27,441 nucleotides of DNA from Gemmatimonadaceae bacterium (GCA_035692325.1 DASSIC010000492.1:1-27441), one strand, 5' to 3'; shown: positions 1 to 9,466, numbered from the stretch's first letter. The notes: generated by a model not told the origin, from the letters alone. Numbers and translations: made by a program.

Positions 1-197
1 CTCAACCACCCCGCCTCAGACGGCGAGAGCCCCCAACGCAGCGCGAGTTGCGGGGCCACCGCGTTCGCCGCGAACCAGACCGACATGCCGAGCAGCTCGG
101 CAATCGCAACGAGCACCAGCATTCGCCAGCGGCGAGGATCCTCCGCTACCGTTTCCGGCGTTGGTCCAGCAGCTTGCTCCACAGCTTGCGCGCCCAT
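1..197 (-). CDS. MFS transporter, N-terminal part (runs off the window start)
   Basis: Not in the ORF track. Hand translation from ATG at 197: MGAQAVEQAAGPTPETVAEDPRRWRMLVLVAIAELLGMSVWFAANAVAPQLALRWGLSPSEAGWL, a typical MFS TM1-loop-TM2 start. Confidence 0.75.
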   Translation of the reverse strand, partial: MGAQAVEQAAGPTPETVAEDPRRWRMLVLVAIAELLGMSVWFAANAVAPQLALRWGLSPSEAGWL

Positions 198-250
198 GCG
201 GCGACAGTCTACATCGATTCGCGCCGCGTCGCCCGTTCCCCCCGCATCGG

Positions 251-1306
251 ATGCCCACCTTCCGCGCCATCGCGCTCGCCGCGCTCGTCGTGGCCATGAC
301 CCTCCTTGCGACGGCAGCGCTCCTTGCCGTCGGTGGCTACGACGTGCGCACGGCGCTCGGCGCGCTCTGGACCGGATCGCTGGGCTCATGGTACGCGCTG
401 ACCTCCGCGACACTCGTCCGTTCGATCCCGTTGATGTTGAGCGGTTGTGCCGTGGCCATCGCCTTCCGGGCCGGTGTGTTCAACATCGGGGCGGAAGGAC
501 AGCTGCTCGCGGGAGCCGCAGCCGCCACGGCCGTTGCGCTCGCGATACCGGCGCTCGGCGTGATCGCCCTCGCCCTTGCCTTGGTGGCCGGAGCGGCCGG
601 GGGAGCGGGGTGGGCGGGCATCGCCGCGGTGCTACGTCGCCGCTTCGGCGTGCTCGAAGTGATCAGCACCATCATGCTGAACTTCGTGGCGCTCTATGCC
701 GTGTCGTATCTGGTGCGCGGCCCGCTGCAGGAGCCCACCCACGCGTACCCCCAGACGCTGGCCATCGCGGAGGGTGTCCGGCTCGCTCAGCTTCCTGGGG
801 CGGGGCGCCTCCATATCGGAATCGTTCTCGCGCTCGCCGTCGTCGCGGTGGCGGGATGGATGCTTCGGCATACCGCCGGAGGATTTCGACTACGCGTGGT
901 CGGCGAGAGCCCTACGGCAGCCGCAACCGCTGGCGAGATCGACGTCGGTGGTGTGACCACGCGCGCCTTCCTCGTCAGCGGCGCGCTGGCCGGGCTCGCT
1001 GGTGCGGTCGAGGTAGCGGGCGTGACCTACGCGCTCTACGAGAACATCTCACCGGGCTACGGCTACACAGCCATCGCCGTGGCGCTCCTCGCCGGACTCG
1101 ATCCGTGGCGCGTCGTGCCGGCAGCGGTGCTGTTCGCGGCGCTCGAAGCCGGGGCGGGCGCGATGCAGCGCGACGCCGCCGTGCCGTCGACGCTCGTCTC
1201 CGTCGTTGAAGCACTGCTCATCCTGTCGGTCGTGGGCGCGCAGGCAATGCGGAGACGCTCGTTGGGCGGCGCTGCGGTGGGTTCGACGGCGGCAGGTGCC
1301 ACGTGA
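251..1306 (+). CDS. ABC transporter permease, nucleoside/sugar (BPD_transp_2, NupB/YufP-like)
   Basis: Hydrophobic; motifs FNIGAEGQ, EVISTIMLNF, GYGYTAIAVALL. Start placed at ATG 251 because the track start at 161 overlaps the divergent MFS. Confidence 0.88.
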   Translation: MPTFRAIALAALVVAMTLLATAALLAVGGYDVRTALGALWTGSLGSWYALTSATLVRSIPLMLSGCAVAIAFRAGVFNIGAEGQLLAGAAAATAVALAIPALGVIALALALVAGAAGGAGWAGIAAVLRRRFGVLEVISTIMLNFVALYAVSYLVRGPLQEPTHAYPQTLAIAEGVRLAQLPGAGRLHIGIVLALAVVAVAGWMLRHTAGGFRLRVVGESPTAAATAGEIDVGGVTTRAFLVSGALAGLAGAVEVAGVTYALYENISPGYGYTAIAVALLAGLDPWRVVPAAVLFAALEAGAGAMQRDAAVPSTLVSVVEALLILSVVGAQAMRRRSLGGAAVGSTAAGAT

Positions 1307-2217
1307 GGGAAGTCGAGATCGTCGCACCATTTCTTGCCGCCACGATCCGCACTGCGACCCCGCTGGCACTCGCCGCCCTCGGGGAGGTGCTCGTGGAACG
1401 CGCAGGGCTCATCAACATCGGACTGGAAGGAGCCATCCTCGCCGGCGCATTCGGCGCGCTCGTTGGAGCGACGGTCGGAGGGCTCGGCATGGGGTACGCC
1501 GCCGCCGTCGGTGCGGGACTGATCGTAGGTGCACTGTTCGCGCTGTGCGTCGTCGCGCTGAAGGCGGACCAGATCATCACGGGCACGGCGCTCACGCTCC
1601 TGAGCGTTGGTGCGACAGGCACGCTCTATCGCGCGCTGTACGGCAGCACGGGAGCGGCGCTGACCTTGCCGACGAGCGCACCGCTGCCGATTCCGGGCCT
1701 TGCCGCCATTCCCTGGATCGGTGCGGCGCTCTTCGCGCAACCGCCCGTGACATACTTCGTCTTCCTGCTCGCGCCCGCACTGGCCTGGTGGCTCGGGCAT
1801 ACCCACGCAGGACTCACGCTCCGTGCGATCGGTGAGCGACCGGACGCCGCCGAAGCGGCGGGTGTGCGCGTGAATCGTGTCCGCGTGATGGCAGTGCTGG
1901 CTGGTGGTGCGCTGGGCGGGCTCGCGGGCGGCACACTGGTGCTCGCTCAAGCCGGCACCTTCGCCGAGAACATGTCCGCAGGCCGAGGCTTCATCGCCAT
2001 CGCCATCGTGGTGCTCGGCCGCTGGCGTCCCATCGGTGTCGCATTCGGCGCGCTCCTGTTCGGCGCCGCGAGCGCGCTCCAGTTCGCCTTTCAGGCAATG
2101 GGCTGGGATGCCCCGTACCAGCTTTTTCTCGTCGTCCCGTACCTGCTCACACTCGCCGCCCTCGCTGGTGCAATGGGCCGTGCGCGGGCGCCCGAAGCGC
2201 TGGGGCGATCGCCCTAG
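1303..2217 (+). CDS. ABC transporter permease, second subunit (NupC/YufQ-like)
   Basis: ERAGLINIGLEG, DQIITG, AGRGFIAIAIVVLGRW motifs; GTGA overlap with the upstream stop. Confidence 0.88.
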   Translation: MREVEIVAPFLAATIRTATPLALAALGEVLVERAGLINIGLEGAILAGAFGALVGATVGGLGMGYAAAVGAGLIVGALFALCVVALKADQIITGTALTLLSVGATGTLYRALYGSTGAALTLPTSAPLPIPGLAAIPWIGAALFAQPPVTYFVFLLAPALAWWLGHTHAGLTLRAIGERPDAAEAAGVRVNRVRVMAVLAGGALGGLAGGTLVLAQAGTFAENMSAGRGFIAIAIVVLGRWRPIGVAFGALLFGAASALQFAFQAMGWDAPYQLFLVVPYLLTLAALAGAMGRARAPEALGRSP

Positions 2218-2232
2218 CGTGCGGAGCTCCGG

Positions 2233-3192
2233 TCAGCTGCAGCTGATCGTGCCGCTCGACCACCGGACGCGCCACTGGCGCGCCCCGGTTCGTTCGATCA
2301 TGCGGTAGGAGATACCGGCGTCATTGTCGCGCGCGATGACGAGCATGGGCGACACCCCGGCGCCGAAGTGCACTCCCGCGAGCACCTCGGGTGTGATCAC
2401 CGCTTCCTCTCGGCCGAAGTCGCGCTCCGCGTATGCAAGACGGTACGGGCCGGAGACCGCTGCGCTGTCGCGTTCCGCGATGAGGAGCGTCTGTTCCTCG
2501 CGCGGGTTCGCCTCCTGGTTCACCCGACGGACCATGTGCGCGACGAGCGCCTGTACACCCGGCGCGGCGGCAAAGCGCCGGACGTCGTAGGCGGAGAAAC
2601 GCAGCCCCTGGAACGCTGCATCCGTCGGCAGCGTGACCGTCGAGGCGAGCCGGGACGCCTCTGCCGCCAGCGTCGAACTGTCGCGCGACGAGAGCAGGGT
2701 CACCGAGTCGAAGGGCATCGGCGTCACGCGCGCATTGACGAAACCAACTCCCCACGTCTTCACCGAATCGGGCTGCATGTCGCGCAGCGGCCAGCGCTCG
2801 CACTCGTCCGTGCCGTCGCCGGACGGCGCACCGAGCAGCGCCGTGAGGATGGCCGAACCGCGCCCGAGCAGCGTCACCGGCAGCTGGCGCATGCTCGCCG
2901 AATCCAGTTGCGCCACGGCATCGCTGTCGTCTGCGGTCGGATACAGTGCGATCGCTTCCTCGCGCGCGGGACCCTGCACCAGCAGCGCCGGACCGGCGGC
3001 CACGCTCCAGCCACTGGCCACGCGGCGCTGAGCCGCCGAATCGCCGGCTTGTGTCGTCGTGGGGAGTGTCGAGTCGGCGCGCGTCGCCCCCGGTCGCCGC
3101 TCGCAAGCGACCAGCGGGAGCGTGACGAGCAGAAGAAGCACGACCACGCGGCGATGTGGACGGCTGGCAACGCGAAGGCAGCAGGACGGCAT
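2233..3192 (-). CDS. Hypothetical lipoprotein
   Basis: Basic n-region, hydrophobic VVVLLLLVTLP and lipobox LVA-C (Cys codon 3103-3105); no family recognised. Start uncertain. Confidence 0.6.
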   Translation of the reverse strand: MPSCCLRVASRPHRRVVVLLLLVTLPLVACERRPGATRADSTLPTTTQAGDSAAQRRVASGWSVAAGPALLVQGPAREEAIALYPTADDSDAVAQLDSASMRQLPVTLLGRGSAILTALLGAPSGDGTDECERWPLRDMQPDSVKTWGVGFVNARVTPMPFDSVTLLSSRDSSTLAAEASRLASTVTLPTDAAFQGLRFSAYDVRRFAAAPGVQALVAHMVRRVNQEANPREEQTLLIAERDSAAVSGPYRLAYAERDFGREEAVITPEVLAGVHFGAGVSPMLVIARDNDAGISYRMIERTGARQWRVRWSSGTISCS

Positions 3193-3268
3193 GGGCGGTA
3201 ATTTGGGGCGTCGCCAGGTGCCGTCAATCAGAATTCGAGGATCCATGGACGAATCTGCGTCATCCACG

Positions 3269-4672
3269 ATGTCCGCAAGCCCCTCACCAGTACGCGCCCC
3301 GCTGGTCGAGCGGGGAAGCTGGGCGCTCTACGACTTCGCGAACACCATCTTCTCGATGAATGTCGCGACGCTGTACTTCTCGGTCTGGCTGATCGCCGAC
3401 CTGGGCGCGTCCAACACGGTGTATGCACTCGGCAATGGCATTTCGTCGCTGCTGGTCGTGATCTCGGTGCCTGTCCTCGGTGCCCTGTCCGACGCGCGGC
3501 GCCGCCGCAAGCCATGGGTCGTGGGATTCACGGTCGCCGCCTGCATCGCCTGCGCCGCCATCGGGGTGTTCGGACAGAAGACGCTTCCGGTGATCGGCGA
3601 AGGCGTCATCGCCGCCGCTCCACCGGGGAGCTGGCACCCGACGATCGGCACCTTCGGATGGGTGCTCCTTGCCTTCATCGTGGCCAATTACTGCTACCAG
3701 GCTGCGCAGCCGTTCTACAATGCCATGCTGCCTGAGCTGGTCCCCCCTGAAGAGCAGGGGCGCCTGTCGGGAATCGGCACGGCCGTCGGGTACGTCGGGA
3801 CCATCGTCGGCCTGCTGCTCGTCGTCCCCTTCTTCAACGGCGCCTTTCCGCTCATCGGCGCGATCTCCGACTCCGCCCTGGACGTGCTGCGCTCGATCGT
3901 GCCGTTCACGTCGCATGCCGGTCGGGTGTCCACGTTCGTGCCGACGGCGATTCTCTTCTTCCTCTTCTCGCTGCCGTTATTCCTCCTCTGCCGCGACCGG
4001 CATCCGCGCGCGGGCCGCATCGAGTGGCGTCAGACCTTCGCCAACGTCGGGCATACACTGCGCGACGCGCGCGATCACAAGGGCGCGCTTCCCTTCATCG
4101 CCGCGTCGTTCCTCTATCAGGATGCCATCGGAACGATTGTGTCGTTCATGGCGCTCTATGCGGTGAAGGCGATGGGCTTCGCCAAGGGTGCCGAAACGAC
4201 ACTCTTTCTCGTGCTGACGGTGCCGGCGATCTTCGGCAGCTATGCCGCGGGCCGCCTCGTGGATCGCTTCGGTCCCCGGCGCACGCTCGTCCTCTCCATC
4301 ATCGCATGGATCGCACTGCTCGTGGCGATGATCATCGTTCCCACCCAGCGGAGTTTCTGGGTCGTGGGCGGATTCATCGGCCTGATCTTCGGCGCCGTGC
4401 CCACCGCCGAGCGGCCAATGCTGCTCGCACTCGTGCCCGAAGAGGAAGCCGGCCGCTTCTTCAGCCTCATGCTGCTGTCGTCGCGCGCGGCGGCCATCGC
4501 CGGACCGTGGGTATGGGCGGTCACCGTGGACCAGCTCGAGCCGACACAGGGTACCGGTTTCGCGTATCGTGCCGCGGTGGTGACCGTTGCCCTGATGTTC
4601 GCCGCGTCGCTGCTGTTGATGCGCCATGTGCCCGATCGTCGCGCCGGGGACACCATCGCCAGCGCCGCCTGA
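3269..4672 (+). CDS. MFS transporter, UMF1/ATG22 (YxiO-like) family
   Basis: WALYDFANTIFS, YNAMLPEL and GRLVDRFGPRR motifs, about 12 hydrophobic segments. Alternative start ATG 3245. Confidence 0.85.
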   Translation: MSASPSPVRAPLVERGSWALYDFANTIFSMNVATLYFSVWLIADLGASNTVYALGNGISSLLVVISVPVLGALSDARRRRKPWVVGFTVAACIACAAIGVFGQKTLPVIGEGVIAAAPPGSWHPTIGTFGWVLLAFIVANYCYQAAQPFYNAMLPELVPPEEQGRLSGIGTAVGYVGTIVGLLLVVPFFNGAFPLIGAISDSALDVLRSIVPFTSHAGRVSTFVPTAILFFLFSLPLFLLCRDRHPRAGRIEWRQTFANVGHTLRDARDHKGALPFIAASFLYQDAIGTIVSFMALYAVKAMGFAKGAETTLFLVLTVPAIFGSYAAGRLVDRFGPRRTLVLSIIAWIALLVAMIIVPTQRSFWVVGGFIGLIFGAVPTAERPMLLALVPEEEAGRFFSLMLLSSRAAAIAGPWVWAVTVDQLEPTQGTGFAYRAAVVTVALMFAASLLLMRHVPDRRAGDTIASAA

Positions 4673-6057
4673 TGCTCTATCGCGTCCTGCGAGCCGCTGC
4701 GGACGTCGCGCTACGCTGGTATTACGCTGATATCGTCGTGCAGGGCGCCGAGCGCATACCAGCAAGCGGTCCGCTCGTCATCGCGGCGAACCACCCGAAC
4801 GCACTGGTGGACGCCCTGCTCGCGGTGACGACGCTGCGCCGGCCGGTGCGACTCACCGCCAAGGCCACGCTGTTCGAGCATCCGCTGCTCGCGCCGGTGC
4901 TGCGCGAGGTGGGCGTCGTGCCGTTGCGCCGCGCCAAGGACGAGCGGGCGGCTCGGCGCGGTGGCGAAGTCTCGGTCGCCCGCAATACGGACAGCTTTCG
5001 ACAGGTCACGGACGCCTTGCGCCAGGGCAGCGTCGTGCTGGTCTTTCCCGAAGGAATCAGCCACGATGCCCCGACACTGGCTCCCTTGAAGACGGGCGCC
5101 GCTCGGATGGCGCTCTCGGCGGCCGATGACGGTGTCCGCGGTGTGCGCCTGCTCCCGCTCGGATTGATCTTCGAGCGCAAGGAGAAGCCGCGCAGTCGCG
5201 TGCTCGTGCGTGTCGGTGAGCCGATCGACGTCGACGCCTGGCGAGCCCGCACGACGACCGGCGACGCCAGTCGCCTAACGACCGATCTCGATGCCGCGCT
5301 GCGGCACGTGACGCTCAACTTCGCGAGCGAGGCCCGGGCGGAACGCGCCGTCTCGCTGGCGCGCGCGCTCGCGGCGATCACGGAGTCGCCTCCATCGCTC
5401 GGCCGCCCGCGCCCCTTGGCCGCCGAAGCAGAGATTGCCCGGCGCATCGAGGTAGCCACGGACGCCCTGGAGAGCGCGCCACCATCCGTCGCTCGCCAGG
5501 CGGACGCGTTCATCGCGCGCGTCGCCGCGCTGGAGGATCGGTTGTCCGCGCGCGGTGCCACGCTGGCCGACGTTCGCGTCTCACCCGCGCTGCGCCATGG
5601 CGCGCGGTTTCTGCTGCGCGAGAGTCTCGTGATCGTGGATACGCTCCCGTTCGCGCTGCTCGGTCGTGTCATGCACTGGATCCCCCTTCGCGCGGCGAGG
5701 GCGCTGGCCATGCGGCCGCTTGCCCGCGATCCGTCCCGCGATCAGCCGGCGATGCGGACGATCGTGCTGGGACTCGCCTTCGTGCTGCTCTGGTACGCGC
5801 TGCAGGCCACGTTGGTCGGCCATTGGTTCGGGTGGCTCGCGGCGTTGGCGTGGCTCATCGTGCTGTTCGTGTCCGCGCGCATCGATTTTCAGCTGCGCGA
5901 GCGCGTCGGGCGGGCGTGGCGCCGTGCCCGTACCTATCTGGCGCTCCGGGCCGATCCCGCACTGCGTGAACAGGCGCTGGCCGAGATCGACGCGGTGGTC
6001 CACGAGGCGCTGGAGCTCGAGGCGGCGCTCATCGCCCCGCTCGCGGCAGGACGCTAG
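4672..6057 (+). CDS. PlsC-type (lyso)phospholipid/glycerol acyltransferase with C-terminal membrane helices
   Basis: NHPNALVD (HX4D) and VFPEG motifs; ATG overlaps the MFS stop (TGATG). The track start at 4024 is spurious. Confidence 0.85.
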   Translation: MLYRVLRAAADVALRWYYADIVVQGAERIPASGPLVIAANHPNALVDALLAVTTLRRPVRLTAKATLFEHPLLAPVLREVGVVPLRRAKDERAARRGGEVSVARNTDSFRQVTDALRQGSVVLVFPEGISHDAPTLAPLKTGAARMALSAADDGVRGVRLLPLGLIFERKEKPRSRVLVRVGEPIDVDAWRARTTTGDASRLTTDLDAALRHVTLNFASEARAERAVSLARALAAITESPPSLGRPRPLAAEAEIARRIEVATDALESAPPSVARQADAFIARVAALEDRLSARGATLADVRVSPALRHGARFLLRESLVIVDTLPFALLGRVMHWIPLRAARALAMRPLARDPSRDQPAMRTIVLGLAFVLLWYALQATLVGHWFGWLAALAWLIVLFVSARIDFQLRERVGRAWRRARTYLALRADPALREQALAEIDAVVHEALELEAALIAPLAAGR

Positions 6058-6359
6058 CGCGCTCCACCGGGGAGCGGCGGCGGAAGGAACGGACCGCCGA
6101 GGTCCCAGTGCCATGCGTCCCGTCGCTCGCCCGTACGGGGATCCTTGAGCGGCTTGAACTGCAGGCGCTCGGCGGGAATGCCGACCGACGCGCCGTACGC
6201 CAGCAGACGCTCTCGGTCGGTGGACACGAGATGCGCCATCGGACGTCCCTTCCAGACGTGACGATGCATCCAGAGGCCGCCGTCCATGGCGTGGATCATT
6301 CCGTGACGACGCGACCGGAACTCGCGGTACGATGGGGTTTCGCGTGCGGGAGACGACAT
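6054..6359 (-). CDS. Small hypothetical protein, DUF4031-like
   Basis: MAHLVSTDRERLLAYGASVGIP...WHWDL resembles the DUF4031 pattern (HLVSD..L..FA..lG..HYDL) by eye; starts 11 bp after the polA stop. Confidence 0.55.
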   Translation of the reverse strand: MSSPARETPSYREFRSRRHGMIHAMDGGLWMHRHVWKGRPMAHLVSTDRERLLAYGASVGIPAERLQFKPLKDPRTGERRDAWHWDLGGPFLPPPLPGGAR

Positions 6360-6370
6360 GACCGCTGGCG

Positions 6371-9361
6371 TCAGCCCATCTTGGTCTCGAGCCAGTTCTT
6401 CCCGGCACCGACGTCCACGACCAGCGGCACGGCGAGCGACGCCGCGTGCTCCATCTCATGCTTCACCAGTGCGGTGACGGCCGAGAGCTCGTCGGCCGGC
6501 GCCTCGAACACCAGCTCGTCGTGCACCTGTAGCAGCATCCGCGCGGCGAAGCGCTCCCCGTCGAGCCGGTCACGGATCCGGATCATGGCGATCTTGATGA
6601 GGTCCGCCGCCGATCCCTGAATGGGCGAGTTGGCGGCGGTCCGTTCACCGAACGCGCGAATGTTGAAGTTGCGGTCGCGCAGTTCCGGGATGTAGCGCCG
6701 ACGCTTGAAGATGGTCTCCACGTATCCGTGCGCGCGCGCATACTCGACGGTGGAGTCGAGAAACTCCCGGACCTTCGAGAATCGGACGAAGTACGTCTCG
6801 ATGAAGGCCTTCGCTTCCGCGTGGGCGATCTTGAGCTGGCGCGAGAGGGCGTGCGGCCCCTGGCCGTAGATCGTGGCGAAGTTGATCGTCTTCGCCCGCG
6901 CCCGCATCTCCGAAGTCACCGACTCCAGCGGTACGTCGAAGATGAGCGCGGCCGTCTGCCGATGGATGTCGCCGCCGGATTGAAAGGCCTGCACGAACAG
7001 GGGGTCACCGGACAGGTGCGCCAGGAGCCGAAGCTCGATCTGCGAGTAGTCCGCTGCGAGCAGCAGCCAGCCCGCCCGCGGAATGAAGCCGCGCCGGATG
7101 TCGCGTCCGAGCTCGCGCCGAATCGGGATGTTCTGAAGGTTCGGCTCCGTGGACGAGAGTCGGCCGGTCGCCGCCACGGTCTGGTTGTACGACGTGTGCA
7201 CGCGACCCGTCCGCGGATTCACCAGGGCGGGCAACGCGTCGATGTACGTGCTCTCCAGCTTGGACAGCTCTCGATACTCCATGAGCAGCACGGGCAGCTC
7301 GTGTCCCGCTTCAGCAAGCTCCTGGAGCACCGTGGCGTCGGTCGACGGACCCGTCGCCGTCTTCTTGAGGATCGGCAGCTTGAGCCGCTCGAACAGCACC
7401 TCGCGCAGCTGCGGGTTCGAATTGATGTTGAACTCGCCCCCCGCGCTCACATAGATCTCCTGCTCCACCCGCTGGCGCTCGCGTGCGAACCGCTCCTTGA
7501 GCGATGCGAACAGCGCGCGATCGATCTCGATCCCTTCCCACTCGAGATCCGCCAGCACGCCGACGAGCGGGATCTCGACGTCGCGATACAGCTCGTGGAT
7601 CTGCTGCGCCTCGAGCTGCGGCCGGAAGCGCTGCTCGAGCTGCCATACGACGTCGACGCTCTCGCACGAATAGTCACGCGCGCACGACACGGGCACGACG
7701 TCGTACGGGAGCTGCTGCCGGCCCTTGCCGCACAAGTCGTCGTAGCTCGTCATCGTGTGGTCGAGGAACTCCAGCGCGAGCAGATCGAGCCCGTGCGACC
7801 GCCGACCTGGATCCAGGACGTAGCTCGCCACCATGGTATCCGAAACGAGACCCCCAACAGCGATTCCGGCGCGGCGCAGCACGAGCATGTCGTACTTTGC
7901 GTTCTGGGCCACCTTGGGGACCGCTGGATCCTCCAGCAGTGCACGCAGCGGCGCCATCGCGTCGTCATCGAGCGGCGGCAGGTTGCGCACGGGCGGAGCC
8001 CCTGCCGCCAGCGCGCGCGCCGCAATGCTCGACGGCTCCGCGGCCTTCGCGGCCTTCTTTGCGCGCGGCCGCTTTGGTTGCGCCTCGTTCGCCTCGTCAG
8101 CGTCGCTGCCGGGGTCCGTATCACCGAGCAGCAGGTTTCCCTGCGTTGGCTCGAGGGCCCTGTGGCGGAGCGGCAGATAGTAGGCCTCGCCGATGCCGAC
8201 GGCGATCGAGAGTCCGACGAGCGTGGATCGCAGCGGATCCACCGCCTGCGGGCTGTCCGGCTCGATGACGGTCTCCGTATCCAGCGCGACGTAGGGCGCG
8301 TTACGCGCGCGGTCGAGCACGCGCCCGAGCGCCTCCAGCGTGTCCACCGTCTGGTAGTTCGTGGTGGGACGCGCCGCCTCGGCCACACCCTCTGGCGCAC
8401 CGGGCAACGGCGCGGCGGCGGCCGCCGCCACGTCGCCAAGGTTGCGGGCCAGCGTGTTGAACTCGAGTTCGACGAACAGCTGGCGCAGACGCGCCGTGTC
8501 CGGCTCGCGCACACGCATCTCGTCGAGCGCGAGGGTGAGCGGTAGATCGTCGCGAATGGTTACTAATTCCTTCGACAGGCGCGCCAGATGGGCCTGTTCC
8601 TGGAGCGCCTCGCGCGGACGCTTCTTCGTCAGCGTCGGCGCTGCCGCGAGAATCGCTTCGAGATCGCCGTATTCGGCGACGAGATCGCGCGCCGTCTTGT
8701 CCCCGACGCCCTTCACCCCCGGAACGTTGTCGGACGTGTCGCCGACGAGCGCGAGATAGTCCGTGACGTGCGCCGGCGGCACTCCCAGTCGCTCCGCGCC
8801 GTTCTCCACCGACACCCACTGCTCTTCGACGCTCGCCGGTCCACCGCGCCCGGGATTCAGCAGCCACACGTTTGGCTGCACGAGCTGCTGGAAATCCTTG
8901 TCGCCCGACACGATCACGACGTTCACCCCGGCCGCGACACCCTGCGTCGCGAGCGTTCCGATCACATCATCCGCCTCGTAGCCCTTGAGCGAGAGGATCG
9001 GAATGCGATACGCCTCGAGCAGCTGGCAGATCCGCTCCATGCCCGTGTCGAAGTCCGACTGGAGCTCCTCCGTCAGCTTCTCTCGCGTCGCCTTGTACGC
9101 CGGATATCGCTCGTGCCGGAAACTCAGCCCGGAATCGTGCACCCAGCCGAGATACTCGGGGCGATGCGACGCGAGCAGGCGCTGCACGAAGTTGACGATT
9201 CCCCACGCCGCCGAGGTGTTCTCGCCGCGCGCGGTGGTGAGGGGACGCGAGATCAGCGCGAAGAACGCGCGATAGATCAGCGCGTATCCATCGATGAGGA
9301 AGAGCCGAGGGGCGTCGGGCCTGGTCGCGGCCGGCGGAGTGGCGAACGTGGGATCGGTCAC
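6371..9361 (-). CDS. polA: DNA polymerase I
   Basis: 5'-3' exonuclease motifs (LIDGYALIYRAF, EADDVIGT, SGDKD, GDTSDNVPGV), 3'-5' exonuclease domain (LDTET, NAKYD) and polymerase motifs A (DYSQIELR), B (RARAKTINF..IYG), C (QVHDEL). Start GTG 9361 or ATG 9400. Confidence 0.97.
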   Translation of the reverse strand: MTDPTFATPPAATRPDAPRLFLIDGYALIYRAFFALISRPLTTARGENTSAAWGIVNFVQRLLASHRPEYLGWVHDSGLSFRHERYPAYKATREKLTEELQSDFDTGMERICQLLEAYRIPILSLKGYEADDVIGTLATQGVAAGVNVVIVSGDKDFQQLVQPNVWLLNPGRGGPASVEEQWVSVENGAERLGVPPAHVTDYLALVGDTSDNVPGVKGVGDKTARDLVAEYGDLEAILAAAPTLTKKRPREALQEQAHLARLSKELVTIRDDLPLTLALDEMRVREPDTARLRQLFVELEFNTLARNLGDVAAAAAAPLPGAPEGVAEAARPTTNYQTVDTLEALGRVLDRARNAPYVALDTETVIEPDSPQAVDPLRSTLVGLSIAVGIGEAYYLPLRHRALEPTQGNLLLGDTDPGSDADEANEAQPKRPRAKKAAKAAEPSSIAARALAAGAPPVRNLPPLDDDAMAPLRALLEDPAVPKVAQNAKYDMLVLRRAGIAVGGLVSDTMVASYVLDPGRRSHGLDLLALEFLDHTMTSYDDLCGKGRQQLPYDVVPVSCARDYSCESVDVVWQLEQRFRPQLEAQQIHELYRDVEIPLVGVLADLEWEGIEIDRALFASLKERFARERQRVEQEIYVSAGGEFNINSNPQLREVLFERLKLPILKKTATGPSTDATVLQELAEAGHELPVLLMEYRELSKLESTYIDALPALVNPRTGRVHTSYNQTVAATGRLSSTEPNLQNIPIRRELGRDIRRGFIPRAGWLLLAADYSQIELRLLAHLSGDPLFVQAFQSGGDIHRQTAALIFDVPLESVTSEMRARAKTINFATIYGQGPHALSRQLKIAHAEAKAFIETYFVRFSKVREFLDSTVEYARAHGYVETIFKRRRYIPELRDRNFNIRAFGERTAANSPIQGSAADLIKIAMIRIRDRLDGERFAARMLLQVHDELVFEAPADELSAVTALVKHEMEHAASLAVPLVVDVGAGKNWLETKMG

Positions 9362-9466
9362 GGAAGCGTGCGGCGAGATGACTGTCGATGCGCGAAGCAT
9401 AGAGCGTGCGCACGCGCCGCGATACGGTGACCGCCGAGGCAGCACGATGACGGTCCCCAAAACGGC

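Noticed and set aside
4024-4671. N-terminal extension of the acyltransferase ORF
   Set aside because: Out-of-frame overlap with the MFS gene; a coupled ATG exists at 4672.
6728-8545. 605-aa plus-strand ORF
   Set aside because: Antisense shadow of polA caused by GC-rich codon bias; Arg-rich with no motifs.
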